Source of the DNA: Tubiluchus corallicola
Lineage: Eukaryota > Animalia > Priapulida
DNA length: 64,000 bases
Direction of reading: 5' to 3'
NCBI GenBank assembly: GCA_030141605.1
Contig: JAQGDQ010000197.1
Location: 1 to 64,000, forward strand
Shown: positions 1 through 12,369 of the stretch, in pieces
Position numbering within the stretch: position 1 is the stretch's first letter
Layout of the letters: each line of letters opens with the position of its first letter
Program-made: the position numbers and the translations under genes
Notes under the pieces: generated by a model
Told to the model about the DNA's origin: nothing
What the model saw: only the letters and a program-made list of their open reading frames with translations
Database searches by the model: none

Positions 1-2313
1 CGTACTTCAGGGCCTTGTCCCTGCACCTGGCCCTAAGCGAGTAGATGTTTCCTGCTGCCGAGATGGTCGGATCGATAACGTACGTATGACCACCTTTGGT
101 CGCCAGGATGTCGGGGTGGTACCTTGTTCTGTTGATCTTGAACCAAGGTTCCCTGACGACCGTAAAGCCCTGCCCCTTCAAGGCTTCGGCGAGCACCTCG
201 CACAGTGCATTGTGCCTTCGTGATATGGCATTGTTTACTGTTATGCACTGTTGAAGTACGTGAACCTGACTCTCTGCATGTCTCCCGCACCTGCGACATC
301 TCCTGATTGCATTGGGTTGTCCTCTCGTGGTGTTAACTCTAACTGGTAGAGAGTTGGTGATCATCTTGAGAACCAAGATATAATCACCCCCGCTCAGGAG
401 TGTGCTGCTACGTAGGTAATGGGTACTCAGTGGGTCAGCAGACACGGCTGCAAAACCCTTCCCATGCACTTTACCGTTGAATGCCGATAGATGTCTGCGA
501 TCGTTATCCCTTTTTGCACGATTTATGTCTTTTGCGTTACTGTAGGCTTCGAGGCTCGCCACCCTCTTAGCCCACGCAAGCTCCCTATTCCACACTGGAG
601 CAGATGCACTCATGTTCACCAGTGGATCTGGTGAGGCCTACAATCGGCTGAGCATCTTGACTTTCATCAAAGGAACATCCTTTTCAAGACAAGAAAATCC
701 CAGCCCTCCCTTCTTCATTGGCATGTAGAAGAATGCATTTGGGACATCCGTCGCCATATGAAGTATACGTTTTAGGCTTGATCTTATAAGCCTGTCTGCT
801 CCCTTGAGGCCATTCATATGAACCTCACATATACGGAAGTGGTATGTCAGACGCGGAATCACATATTGTCTGATCATATTTCCTTTTGTTGAGGTTTGAG
901 TGGTGCCCCTTCCACTCTTATAAGCCATGCTTTAAGGGACTTGGTGTCCATGGTGGGTCGTCCCTTAGCAGTCATAGGAATTCCCAGGTATTTGTATGCA
1001 TCACTGACTCCCAGCATTGGAATAGGAGTCTGGCTGATCTCCCATGTGGGTTCTATTAGCACTTTCATAGCCTTTCGCCGGTATGCCTTGACTAGTCTCA
1101 TGGCTTTGCATTTGTTGGCGTTTAAAACCATGCCTCGTTTCGTGAAGAAGCCATTGGCTGTCTCCAACAAAACTCCCATGCCATGTTTTGAGCCTGACAT
1201 TAGGACTAGGTCGTCGGCAAAACCAACTATAGCCACTTGGTGCTCGTCGATCCCATAGCCAAATCGAGAACCGACTTTCGAGATCAGTTCGTCGATTACC
1301 AGGTTGAAAAGCAGGGGTGATAGCGGGCATCCCTGCTTAACACCTGACGTGATGCTAATACGGCGGGTATTTGCTTCCTGTATCGATATCCGTGTAGCAG
1401 CACCCGTATACATATCCCCAATGATTTGCTGAACCTGCTCTGGAAGGCCGAACCTTCGCATTGCCCTCACGATCGAGGTGTGAGGAACCGTGTCGAACGC
1501 CTTTGCTAAGTCGAGGAATGCGATGTTTAATTCCCTATGACTTGCTCGGGCATGCAGAATCACGGTGTTTAGGAGAGTCAGGTTTTCTGAACAGCCGTCT
1601 CTTGGTTGGAAGGCTCTCTGGAGTGGGTTGAGCTTGACCGTTGCCTGGATTCTGGTGGTTAGAATCTTGGCATACCACCTGAGCAATAGGGATCCGATTG
1701 TGATAGGCCGCCAGTTACTGACGTCCTGCAAGCCCTCAGCAGACTTGGGGAGGAGGGTGGTACGGCATTCCTTCAGGCTGTTTGGGACCTTCTTTAGGAA
1801 TTGCCATACCTTGAAGACAAGGGTTATCGCACCCTTGCTTACCCTCTGGAGGGCTTGCATCGTGACCCCCCTATCCGGACCGGGCGACGAATTGGACTTC
1901 ATGGCTTTGAATGTTTTTGCCACTTCCTCTTGTGCTATGGGAGCACAGAGGCTGTCTGGATCTTCACACGGTTTGAAGTCCCCGATGGGTTCGTCGTCCG
2001 GTAGGGAAGGTTTCTCGAATCTCTGGATGTACGTTTGCTCTATGCAGTCAATGGGAGGATACTTGACTTCCAGGGGTGCATCATCGAGTACGACGTTCGC
2101 AAGCTTGCGTCTGTCTCTTTGATACAGTCTCTGGTACGTCTTATACCTTTCCCTCCTGCGTTTTTGGCGGTTAGCGGGTCGATCGGGAGCTCTCCTAACA
2201 GGACGAGGTCTGGCTGGTTGTGGACGGGCGTCCACCGGGAACCATGCCTCACTCAGTGCCTGAAATAGGTCATCTCCTGCGCAGGATGTTACCACTCGAG
2301 TTCTTACATCCAA
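1..2313 (-). mobile_element. R2-like non-LTR retrotransposon (RT + CCHC + restriction-like endonuclease); 5'-truncated and disrupted, 3' end outside the window
   Basis: ORF 874-2313 has RT motifs (WRPITI, LDLAKAFDTV, GVKQGCPLSP, FADD) preceded by an R2-type RRRERY..YQRLY..DRRKLA region. There is a frameshift near 880 and a stop at 638-640. Manual translation of 1-360 gives CRRC..H..C, RHN, HPDIL..DPTI and K..KY, typical of RLE-clade C-termini. Confidence 0.88.
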
Positions 2314-3179
2314 ACGTGTGAAAGGTTTATACCTAGAGGAAATCCGACTACTCTATGAGTAGCCGGTGGATACCGTACCTTTACGGTATCGAAAAGGCGA
2401 GTTTTGTTGGGTCTGGAGAAATCCAGTTCCCACGGAATTGACGGATGCCGTATCTTTACGGAAGAATTTGGAATTTGGCAAGTTTGACTCGAGTCAAAAG
2501 GCAACACACAGGTGAACAGATCTGACGCCTGTGAAATCTGACAAAATAAAATAAAATAAAATAAAATATATAGACCCCGGGTTGCCACAATGGCAACAAG
2601 AAACCTTGTGCTACGTTTCATGATCACAGTGTGGCCACCAATTTTGTTCACTTTTTATATTAATAAAGTAAACAAGGAAGAGTGGAGAGGTTCATAAGTT
2701 ATTTATGCTTAACCTCTATCCTTCGACGGTAACGGCAATATATCATTTTTTATTTTGTCTCGCTTCACAGACAAGTGATCAGTTTCATTACCGTTTGGAC
2801 AAATAATTGTTTTCCAGTAAGTAAACGGGCTAGCGAGCTATGTAGCCTACATAGTTTCTCTGTTTAAAGCATTAGATACTTAGTATAACACTATGCTGAT
2901 ATTAATGGAGCTAATAATAATGATTATTGTAAAAAATACATTTGTAAATTGTCAAGGACTATTCATCATTATTAATAATAATTAATATTAATAATAGTTG
3001 CTTTTTTTCTAAACGAATTTAGTTTTGTTTTATTATGTCATAATTCGCCAGAAATCGCCAGTGCCCCATGTACGACACTGCTTTTCCACTAATTTAGCAC
3101 AAGCGCTTTAGCAGAAGTGTCCTACTTCGGTTAATGGCGTACTCCGCGCCTTATTATTTTTGATTTCCGATGCAGGTGA

Positions 3180-5410
3180 AAAAATAACTGAGGAAAATAT
3201 AATTTCCCAAGAAATAATTAAGAAGTGAGGATCGCTTTTTCAGTTAAAAACGCATGCTCAGATACTAAGTAAAGAGATGGATAATAAGGACATGCCATTG
3301 AAAGATGTCGAACTTATGTACATGATCAGCGATGAAGAATTAGACAGAGCACTTATAAGTATAAAAAGTGGTAAAGCATATGGAGATGATGATGTAGCTG
3401 GAGAGTTATTAATTGGTCTTAAAAGTAAAGCAAAAGAAATGTTAAAAAAAGAGCTCAACTCTGTCATTTTGACAAGAAGTATACCAGTATCATGGAAAAC
3501 AGGAACAATTTCTCTCATTCATAAAAAGGAAGAAAAAGAAAAGATCGAAAATTATAGGCCTATAGCTATGATTTCAGTGGTCGGGAAATTGTTATCATAT
3601 ATTTTAAAAACTAGAGCAGTAAAGGAACTAGAATTAAGAAATGTGGTTGCCGAAGAACAGAATGGATTTAGGATTGGCAGAAGTTTGGAGGATAACCTAT
3701 GCATATTGACTCTTTTGAGAGAAATAGCTTCTGTACAGGAACGAAGCCTTTGGGTGGTGATGTTGGACCTAGAAAAAGCCTATGATCGTGTCGACCAACA
3801 AAAATTGTGGCAAGTATTGACACATTTAGGTGCAGAGCAATCCTTTCTCGAATTTTAGAAATCATGGTACCATGGTTTTAATGTTAGATTTGTTTGGAGA
3901 AGTATCAAAACAGATAACGTAACAGTAACGTCAGGTATAAAACAGGGTGATCCTTTGTCCTCTGTATTTTTCTCATTGTATATTAATAAAATGTTAAAAG
4001 AAATAAGTAGATCAAAAAGAGGATACAAATTAGATGAAAATATAATAGTGAGCATATTAGCTTTTGCCGATGACACCGCGTTAATTACAGAATTTGAAGC
4101 GGATATGGTAGTGTTATTGAAGATTGCGGATGATCTTGGAAAAGAGTTTGGCATGAAATTTAGTGCGACCAAGTGTGCATCAATACTTCTTAGTGGAGCT
4201 AATGCTAATGCAGTCTTTAAGATAGGTGACATACCTATACATGCAACAGAAAGAGAAAAATACCTATAATAAGGGTAATTATAAGAGCCATAGAAGATGA
4301 ACATAGCTGGAAAGAAAGAATACCAGATATCAGAAGAACCATAGGTGCCATAAAATTTGCGGCAATGCAATCAGAAGCAAGATTAGAAATAGGAAGAACA
4401 GGCTGGAAAGCAACTGTAGTCCCTAAAATAATGTTTGCTTGTGTGGGCAGAATATACAGCCAAAAGGAAGTTGATTGGTATAACAGCATTCAAGAAGAAT
4501 TTGTAAGATGGCTCTGGAAAGCAAAAGGATGCAGTGGTGCTGCTATTAGAGGTGAGGCGGGTTTTTCATCCTTTGAAGAACGGGAAGCAAAGGTGCCACT
4601 AAAATTTTTTAAAAGAATTATATTTATGAGTGATAATCGGTTACTGAAAAAAGTAGTAATATGGGTAGTGACACACAGAATTTGATCGAAATGGCTGCAA
4701 AGAATCAGACATTTGGGGGACAAATTTGGGCTTCCGGTATTTGGCAATATTATGGCATTAGGGGAATTAAATGAGGTAGGTTTGAATAAAATTTATGATA
4801 AACATTTGGGTGAAAAAGCATGGGATGTGCATATAGAGAAAATTATAGCTGAAACAGGATTAAAAATGTGGAATGAAAAATTAAGTAAATGTTCGACAGT
4901 AGAAAGGTATAGAGATTGCAAAAGTTCTATATCATTTGAACACTGGATGAATGATACATGGGGTGCAGAATTGCTTGTCAAAGCTAGGGTTGGCGCATTA
5001 GAAGTATTGGGAAATCCCTTGTATGCTTAGAAAGTAGGTTACTGCATAGAAAAAAGACTTTGTAAATGTGGTAAAGATATTGAAACTGCAGAACATATAA
5101 TATTAAGTTGTGAATTTTACACAGAGATGAGAAACAAGGTCCCTTGGCAAGGAGTAACTGATGAAGAGTGCTTGAGATGGTTGTTATTTGGAGAGGGAAA
5201 AATTTATGCAGTCTGCCTACTGAAGGACATAATGGTTAAAAGAAGAAGCATAGTGAATCATTAGAGCAAGCATATGTGTGCGCCTTAGCATTTTCGAGTA
5301 GTAATCATATTATTTTAAAAAGCCTAGTAGTACAATATACATTGCTACTCGCCCTGATATAAAAGGGATTTAGGCACCGGATGGATGAAAAGACATCGGA
5401 AACAAAAAAA
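3180..5410 (+). mobile_element. Degenerate non-LTR retrotransposon (LINE ORF2: RT and C-terminal zinc knuckle; RTEX-like, clade uncertain)
   Basis: Consecutive ORF pieces 3277-3858, 3955-4269, 4365-4685 and 4713-5030 carry YRPIAM, LDLEKAYDRV, GIKQGDPLS and FADD. CKC..H..C lies at about 5061-5111. Several premature stops; A-rich end near 5400-5410. Confidence 0.85.
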
Positions 5411-6185
5411 TCCATCTTTCACCTTTAAAATTACAGCGTCCCATCTCTGTTTGAAAACAATTTTACATTGTGCTAAACACTCGCCGTCAAGTATACTTTC
5501 ATCCATTGGGAAAAACAGTTTCCCTTAATTTTTACTTCCAATGTATACTTCAGGCAAAATTTTTACTTCAATTGTCCTTCCCGGCATTCGCATTTCCGCT
5601 TACGGCAAATCTTTGAATTAAAGTTTGCTTAGTTCGTTATCATGTCAGGTCTTATTTATTGCTCAGTAAAACCGGACTGAATATTGGTGTCAAAATGACG
5701 TGGGATGTCTTAGATAGAGGTAGCACGTTCTTTGACGTACAGTTTTACTTTCTGCCATTTGATCGACATTATTACAGGATGGTTGAGTTTGATAACTTAC
5801 TTTTACTAATCAACTTCCCTAATCACTAATCAATCACCTCTCAGACAAATTAATCATAATAATAATATTGCTACATTGCATCATTACTGTTTTATGCACT
5901 GTGTTTTTCTTTCTGTAAAAACGTGATAAATAAAAATACTTATACTTATGGCTGTCATGACAACATCCACTTATTTCTAACTGAATCAACAGTTCCTAAC
6001 CAGATGACCATGGCACAAGGGCAGCCTTTTTTAGTTGGCCATGGAACCAAATAAAAAATCCTTGTTTTCATAGGAAGGACGTCTCTGATTAGATAATTTG
6101 GAAAGAGAAGCCAAAATAGCCAATCTGGGACGAGGGTTAGGAAATAAAGTTAATGCTTGATGCATACTAATAAGAAATGCAGACG

Positions 6186-6406
6186 TGTCAGGGTCACGGG
6201 TCACAGAAACATCAAACAAACGTTTAACGGCATAATTAAACCTGTTTATTAACCCTAACATTAAAATTGGAATCAAAAGAGCTGAAACTACTATCCTAAA
6301 ACGTGGTCCCGACATTAGACAAAGACATTTCCAATTAGTGGCGCACCAAGCTTTCAATGCGCAATGACAAGCACACATTTGCTTAATAACAGGGCTGGCC
6401 CTGACA
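6186..6406 (-). repeat. 3' LTR (221 bp) of the Gypsy element
   Basis: Terminal inverted repeats TGTCAGGGTCA / TGGCCCTGACA. 6347-6406 is identical to 10698-10757. Confidence 0.88.
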
Positions 6407-9400
6407 TTCGGCCATGCTCCAGTCATGTGACCTCACATGATGTACAGTTCAGTTCAGGAATCACTAGGCTAACATCAATGTTAACATAATTTAGCATAGC
6501 ATAACTAACATTCAAACTGGCAGAATGCAATACAAACAGCGAACAAACTTTCAAAATTGAAATCTAAGAACAACTAGAATCAGAAGTGTGCAATACAAGT
6601 TATATGTACCAAAATCAAACAAAAATTTTCAAAAGTCATGAATGAAACAAGCCATTCTGTCAAACTAAAGCTAAAGAATAATCTGTGAGTCTTTTTGGCA
6701 ACCTCCGACTTCTACGAGGCCTTAAATTAAAAACATGTCCATCAAAATCATCATCTGGACTTTCAGCACTGCAGCTACTGACATCAGAATTAATACATTC
6801 ATTATCATGGTCATCACTACTAAAATTAGCATTATTAGCATCTTCTATCATATTCACATCATCTTCAGACTGATTTGGGTCATAACAGGGATATCCATGC
6901 AAAAGAGCATAAGTGTCATCATCATCATAATCAGAATCATAACTATCACAATTAATACAAGATTTGGATTTACCGGTTTCACGGATATTAAGATTTAACT
7001 TCTTCAAGTTACCACCATGCACCCACAAAGAATTATGAGCACGAGGTAGTTGTATACAGTAATCAGGAGGTTTCCATTTTATCACCTTATAGGGGCCCAA
7101 ATAATGCTCCACAAGTTTCCTATTTGGTCCAGATCTACCTCTAAAATTTATCATTGCAACATTGTCACCCTCTTTAGTGCAACCTAGAGGTGTTACACTA
7201 GTCACTGAAGCATTTTGGTACTTTTCAATATTTGACATAACATTTTATATACTCTGACAAATTCATAAGCTAAAGTGTTTGCATATTCTGAATAATCAGG
7301 GACTTCAAGAAGGTCTTCACAATTTAACTCACTAACAAGAGGATGCCTAGCCTCCTTTCCAAACACAAGTTTATATGGAGTCACTTGAGTAGTGCTATGG
7401 ACACTAGTACTATAGGCAAAGGCAATCATTTGTAAATACTTGTCCCAATCACGACAGTTACTTTTCACATACTGCGTTAATGCTTCACAAAGAGTCAAAT
7501 TAAACTGTTCACATTGCCGATTGCAACAAGCATGGTACACTGAAGTCCTCAATTTTTGTATACCTAACTTATCATTGATTTGCTTCACCAAATCAGATTG
7601 AAAATTTGCACCTTGATCAGTCAACAAAGTTTTAGGCACTCCATAATGACATATAAAATCAACAATACATTTAGCAAGAGATTCAGCACTCTGATTACGA
7701 ATAGGATACAATTCTACAAATTTAGAGAACAAGTCAGTAACAACTAAAACATACTTATAGCCACTACTACTTAAAGGCAAAGTCAAGATATCAGCAGATA
7801 TCTGTTCAAACTTATCACCTAGTACTTTAATAGTTCCGCGAGCTTCACGTTGTGGTCTGGCTTCACGCTCCACTAAAGCACATCCATGACAATTTCTGAT
7901 GAACGTACAAACACTATTGGTTAAACCATACCAATAATACAATGGCGTAATTTGGCCTATCGTTTTTCTTACACCAAAGTGAGCAGATAATACATGATCA
8001 TGAGCAAGAGAAATAACACGATCTCTAAGCACTGGTGGCACAAGTTTCTGTGGCGAAGCATACCCACTTGATTGTCTTATAATTTCACCATTCACTAAAG
8101 ACAACTTATCTTTTTCACGAAGATAATATCTCAGTTCATCTGAGTCAGGCTGGTCAGACATGTGCTTCACACCTTGCACCTCATCACGAAGCGAGGCGAA
8201 CACAAGATAATTAGTCACAGCTTCCGCAATTGACTGGCACTCAGTCACATCTTTAGTCGTACACACGCGACTCAGTGCGTCTGCATGAGGAATCATTTTT
8301 CCAGGTTTATGGCGTACCTCAAAGTCATATTGATTCAGCCATAGTAACCACCTAGCAAGTCGGTCAGGAAGGTCTTTCTGGCGCTTCAACCACGAAAGAG
8401 CCTGATGATCTGTCACAGCAATGAAAGGTTTCCCAAGCAAATAATGATGAAATTTATCTATTCCATTTTTCAAAGCAAGGAGCTCAAGCTCCGTAGTTGA
8501 ATACTTCTGCTGGCACGGAGAATATTTTCCAGAAGCATAAGAGATAACATACTCTTCTTTACCAGATCCTTGGGACAAAACAGCTCCCCATCCTGTTTTG
8601 CAGGCATCAGTCGTCAAGATGAACATTCTGTCGGGATTAGGATGTCCAAGAATAGGCTCACTCATCAATCTTCTCTTTAATTCATCGAAGGCATGTTGGC
8701 ATTCAATACTCCACAAGAATGGCGCATCTTTGCGAGTCAGATCAGTAAGCGGCTTTGCAATCACAGCAAAGTCCTTCACAAAATGACGAAAATAAGAGCA
8801 AAATCCATGAAATTGACGTACTTTATGAACATTTACAGGGACTGGCCAGTTTTTAATAGCAAGCACTTTGTCTTCAGTAGGTTGGATACCCTTTCTACTG
8901 ACATGATGACCAAGGAAATCCACTTCTTCACATGCAAATTTACACTTGTCCATACCAAGTTTCAAATTATACTGTTGAAATCTCTGTAATACAGCACGTA
9001 AATCATCAACATGTTGGTCAAAAGTTGGGCTTACAATTAAGCAATCATCAATATAGATCAAAGCAGTTGTACCTAGCCCTTGCAAGATGCGGTACATCAT
9101 ACGTTGAAAGATGATATATTAGGCATATATTAAATTCCAGGCATATTAGATAGACCAAACGGACAGACATTAAATTCATAAAGCCCATCTTCAACTACAA
9201 ATGCAGATTTTTCTCTTGAAGATTTTTCCAAGGGCAACTGGAAATATCCAGACTTTTGGTCAATTAACGTAACAATCAATTAATTAACAATCAATGTAAA
9301 CCAGCCAGCATTGCCAGCACTACACTTTGCAAGCAATTCATCCATCCGGGGTAAAGGATGACTGTCCTTCTTCATTACATTATTCAACTTAATGTAATTC

Positions 9401-10697
9401 ACGCAAAATCTATATTCATTATTCTTTTTACGAACAAGAATAATTGGACTTGCCCACGGTGACTGTGATTCAGAAATTATGCCGCTTTCAAGCATGGTGT
9501 CAATCTGATTTTGCACTTCAGCACTAAGGTGCACAGGACATCTGTAAGGCTTCTGTTTTATAGGCGGTCCAGCCGTTTCTATCACATGTTCACACTGAGA
9601 CACATGCCCCAATTCACCATGGACAGAGAACACATCAGAAAATTCATTGAACAACAACTTTTCCATCACGGCACGTTTGGAATCATCAAGGTGATCAAGA
9701 TTTATACCAGATTTCAATTTCTGGTGATGCTTTGAGTCATTCATACTTGCAAGCTTTGCACATGGTGCATCTAGCACATCAACAATTTCTACAGTTTCCA
9801 ATGATCCTAAACAAGCTCCATCTTTTACTTTGACAGGATCATCTTTCACATTGCACATTCGAACAGGCATAACATCTGCACTTGCCATACATCCTCGAGC
9901 AATGAAAAGACCACTGTCCCTCCATGAATTTTCAGGGTTCAACATATATGCTTCATCACTAGACATAGTATGCCTTGTCACAAATGGCTGAGTCACAGAA
10001 GCCGGAATCACAGCTTCACTATGAGGTTCAACAAAAACTGTTTCTCGGCAAAAAACTGTTGGCGAGTCCATGGCAACCACTTTTGAAAACATTTTCACTA
10101 AACCAGTAGCATGGTTCACCTCGCATTTAGATTTTTGTAGAAAGTCTCTACCCAAAATTACAGAGTCAGTGATACTGCCTATCATGCAGTTCAAGGTCAA
10201 AGATTGATCAATACTTGGCAAATGAAAATCAATTACAACATCACCATAGTCATGTAATTTCAAACTTCTATGTGCAGTAGCTAAATGTGAGTCACTCACC
10301 GTAGCTTTGACATTATCACATATGAGATCAGCTTTCTTCGCCATGTCAACGCTAATTACGGTACATTCACTACCAGAATCAATAATTGCTGGACATTTAA
10401 CACCATTGACCAACAACTCAACAACCAAACAACCCACACCAAGACGTCGATTTATAGTACCTGATGTTTTCACACCTGAGCGCGTTGATTGATTGTCACA
10501 ACTCTTATTGCAGTTTTTAGTAATATGGCCAAGGAAATGACACTTGTGGCACTGTATCTTACAGTTCTCGGCAGTGTGCCCGACAAGGGTACATGAAGAA
10601 CATCGCTTTGCAAACTTGGATCGACCACCATGAGCATTAGGCTTGGCACGAACACTAACCTCACCTTTCACTGTGGCACAGTCTCTCGCCAAGGATA

Positions 10698-10757
10698 CAA
10701 GCTTTCAATGCGCAATGACAAGCACACATTTGCTTAATAACAGGGCTGGCCCTGACA
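10698..10757 (-). repeat. 60-bp remnant of the 5' LTR
   Basis: Exact 60-bp direct repeat of 6347-6406, followed by the TSD and joined almost directly to the gag zinc-knuckle region. Confidence 0.88.
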
Positions 10758-12369
10758 GACGTACAAAAATTATTAATTTTTGTTATACAGAATGTAGTAT
10801 TTGTTGCAGAAGATAAGGATTAATGCTAGTAATGCTAGCTTGGGTGATCAATTAGACTGTCTCACACCGCAATATAGGTACTAGGTGGATTTATGATATT
10901 TTTTATTATGATGACGATGAGCAGAGAACAATACAGTGACACAAAAATAATGTCAAAGGTCACATGAGAGAACATAATGCAATAGGAAAGGAAAAAAGAT
11001 GGGTAGCCAAAGAAAGAAATCAAATAATTAAAAAGTACAAATCATGGGCTTAATGAAATGCTGATATTTGCTCATCATAAGATTTAGATGATATTAAACG
11101 AATAAATAATTAAAAAAACATCTCTGCATTAATATCCAGAAAAACGAGATTCTCAATGGTAAATGGTTTAGTTTATTATGTGTTTCTAAGGAAATAAACA
11201 GATAGGTGTCTTTAATGACTGCTTTTGTGTTCTTTGGGAGCAGTGGCTATGTAAGAAGCTATATTATAAGTATTAAGCATCATAGTGGAAAATTACAGAT
11301 CCTTCTGGTCCCTGCAGAATGTAAATTATGGTGGCTATGGGCAATGACTACAAACTGGGCCTCAATGCGTAACTTGCATGACTACATTATTTTTCTCTTT
11401 CATGAACTGACAGCTGATTCGAAATTTGAACGACATGCAGTACTGCAATGCTTGCATCTATGACTTTTTCCAGGAATTTATGTTCTGTAAGCTGGTCATT
11501 GTGTTCGCAAAGAACGCTTTCTCATGTCAAGAATGGAACCTTATTATGCAATGTAGCACCACTCGAACATATAATTTGATGCCAAGTTCCCTGATCTGCT
11601 TGTCACATGCCAAATATCTACAAAATTTTAGTTGTGCGAGGTATTTAATTAGTCTTTCTTTAAAATATTCAAACATGTGATTAGCTGTACAAGCTAGGGA
11701 AACGGATAATAGTGGCTGTCTGCTAATCACATATTTAATTTAATTCAATTCAAGTTTGTTTGTACAAATACAGTGAGGTAGGTGTCATGGAAAAAGCTAA
11801 GTTATTACGAGTATTACACCGACAAAATATAGAAAAATTAAAATACATATACCTAAAATTATCGAATAAAAAACTGTTTAAAGAACTATGAAGACCTGCA
11901 AAAAATTAATAAAACTAATTAAATTACATAGTCACAACAGTTAAACATGATCAGAAGATAAATTAATTACATAATCAGTAATCACAACTGTTAAATATGA
12001 TCACATACAAGTTAATTATATAATCACAACAGTTACCCTAATCTTAACAAAGTGTGCGTAGAGAAGACCATCAAACACCAAAGCTCAAAAATAGTTTCCC
12101 TTTTCGTAGCAAGGCGCAGCCTATATTTATTTAAAAATAAATAAACCAGTTTAGCACTAACATTATGGAATAAAACACTTTATTTTCTACTTGTAGCTTG
12201 TTATTAAATATATCGATTTTTCCACTATTTTGTTACTTTAGTAATTTTATTTTTAAGCGCATTAACATATTACGTGAAGTAGGTGTTCTTAGGTCACACG
12301 ACTACTGAATTCAGATTTGTGTGTTTTTTTCGGCATATTTTACTGTTTTGCAAAGATGGATTTTTCGTA

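Larger units (their letters stand above)
6186..10757 (-). mobile_element. Ty3/Gypsy LTR retrotransposon, internally deleted, flanked by 4-bp TSD GACG
   Basis: Domain order is gag CCHC knuckles, protease (IIDSGSE), RT (YIDD), RNase H (TDAC), integrase (HHCC, DDE) in ORFs 9280-10692, 7202-9100 and 6660-7238. GACG lies at 6182-6185 and 10758-10761. Termini are TG...CA. Confidence 0.93.

Noticed and set aside
896-2268. Plus-strand ORFs over the R2-like element (likewise antisense ORFs over the other retroelements)
   Set aside because: Shadow frames of RT-coding sequence with no independent motifs.
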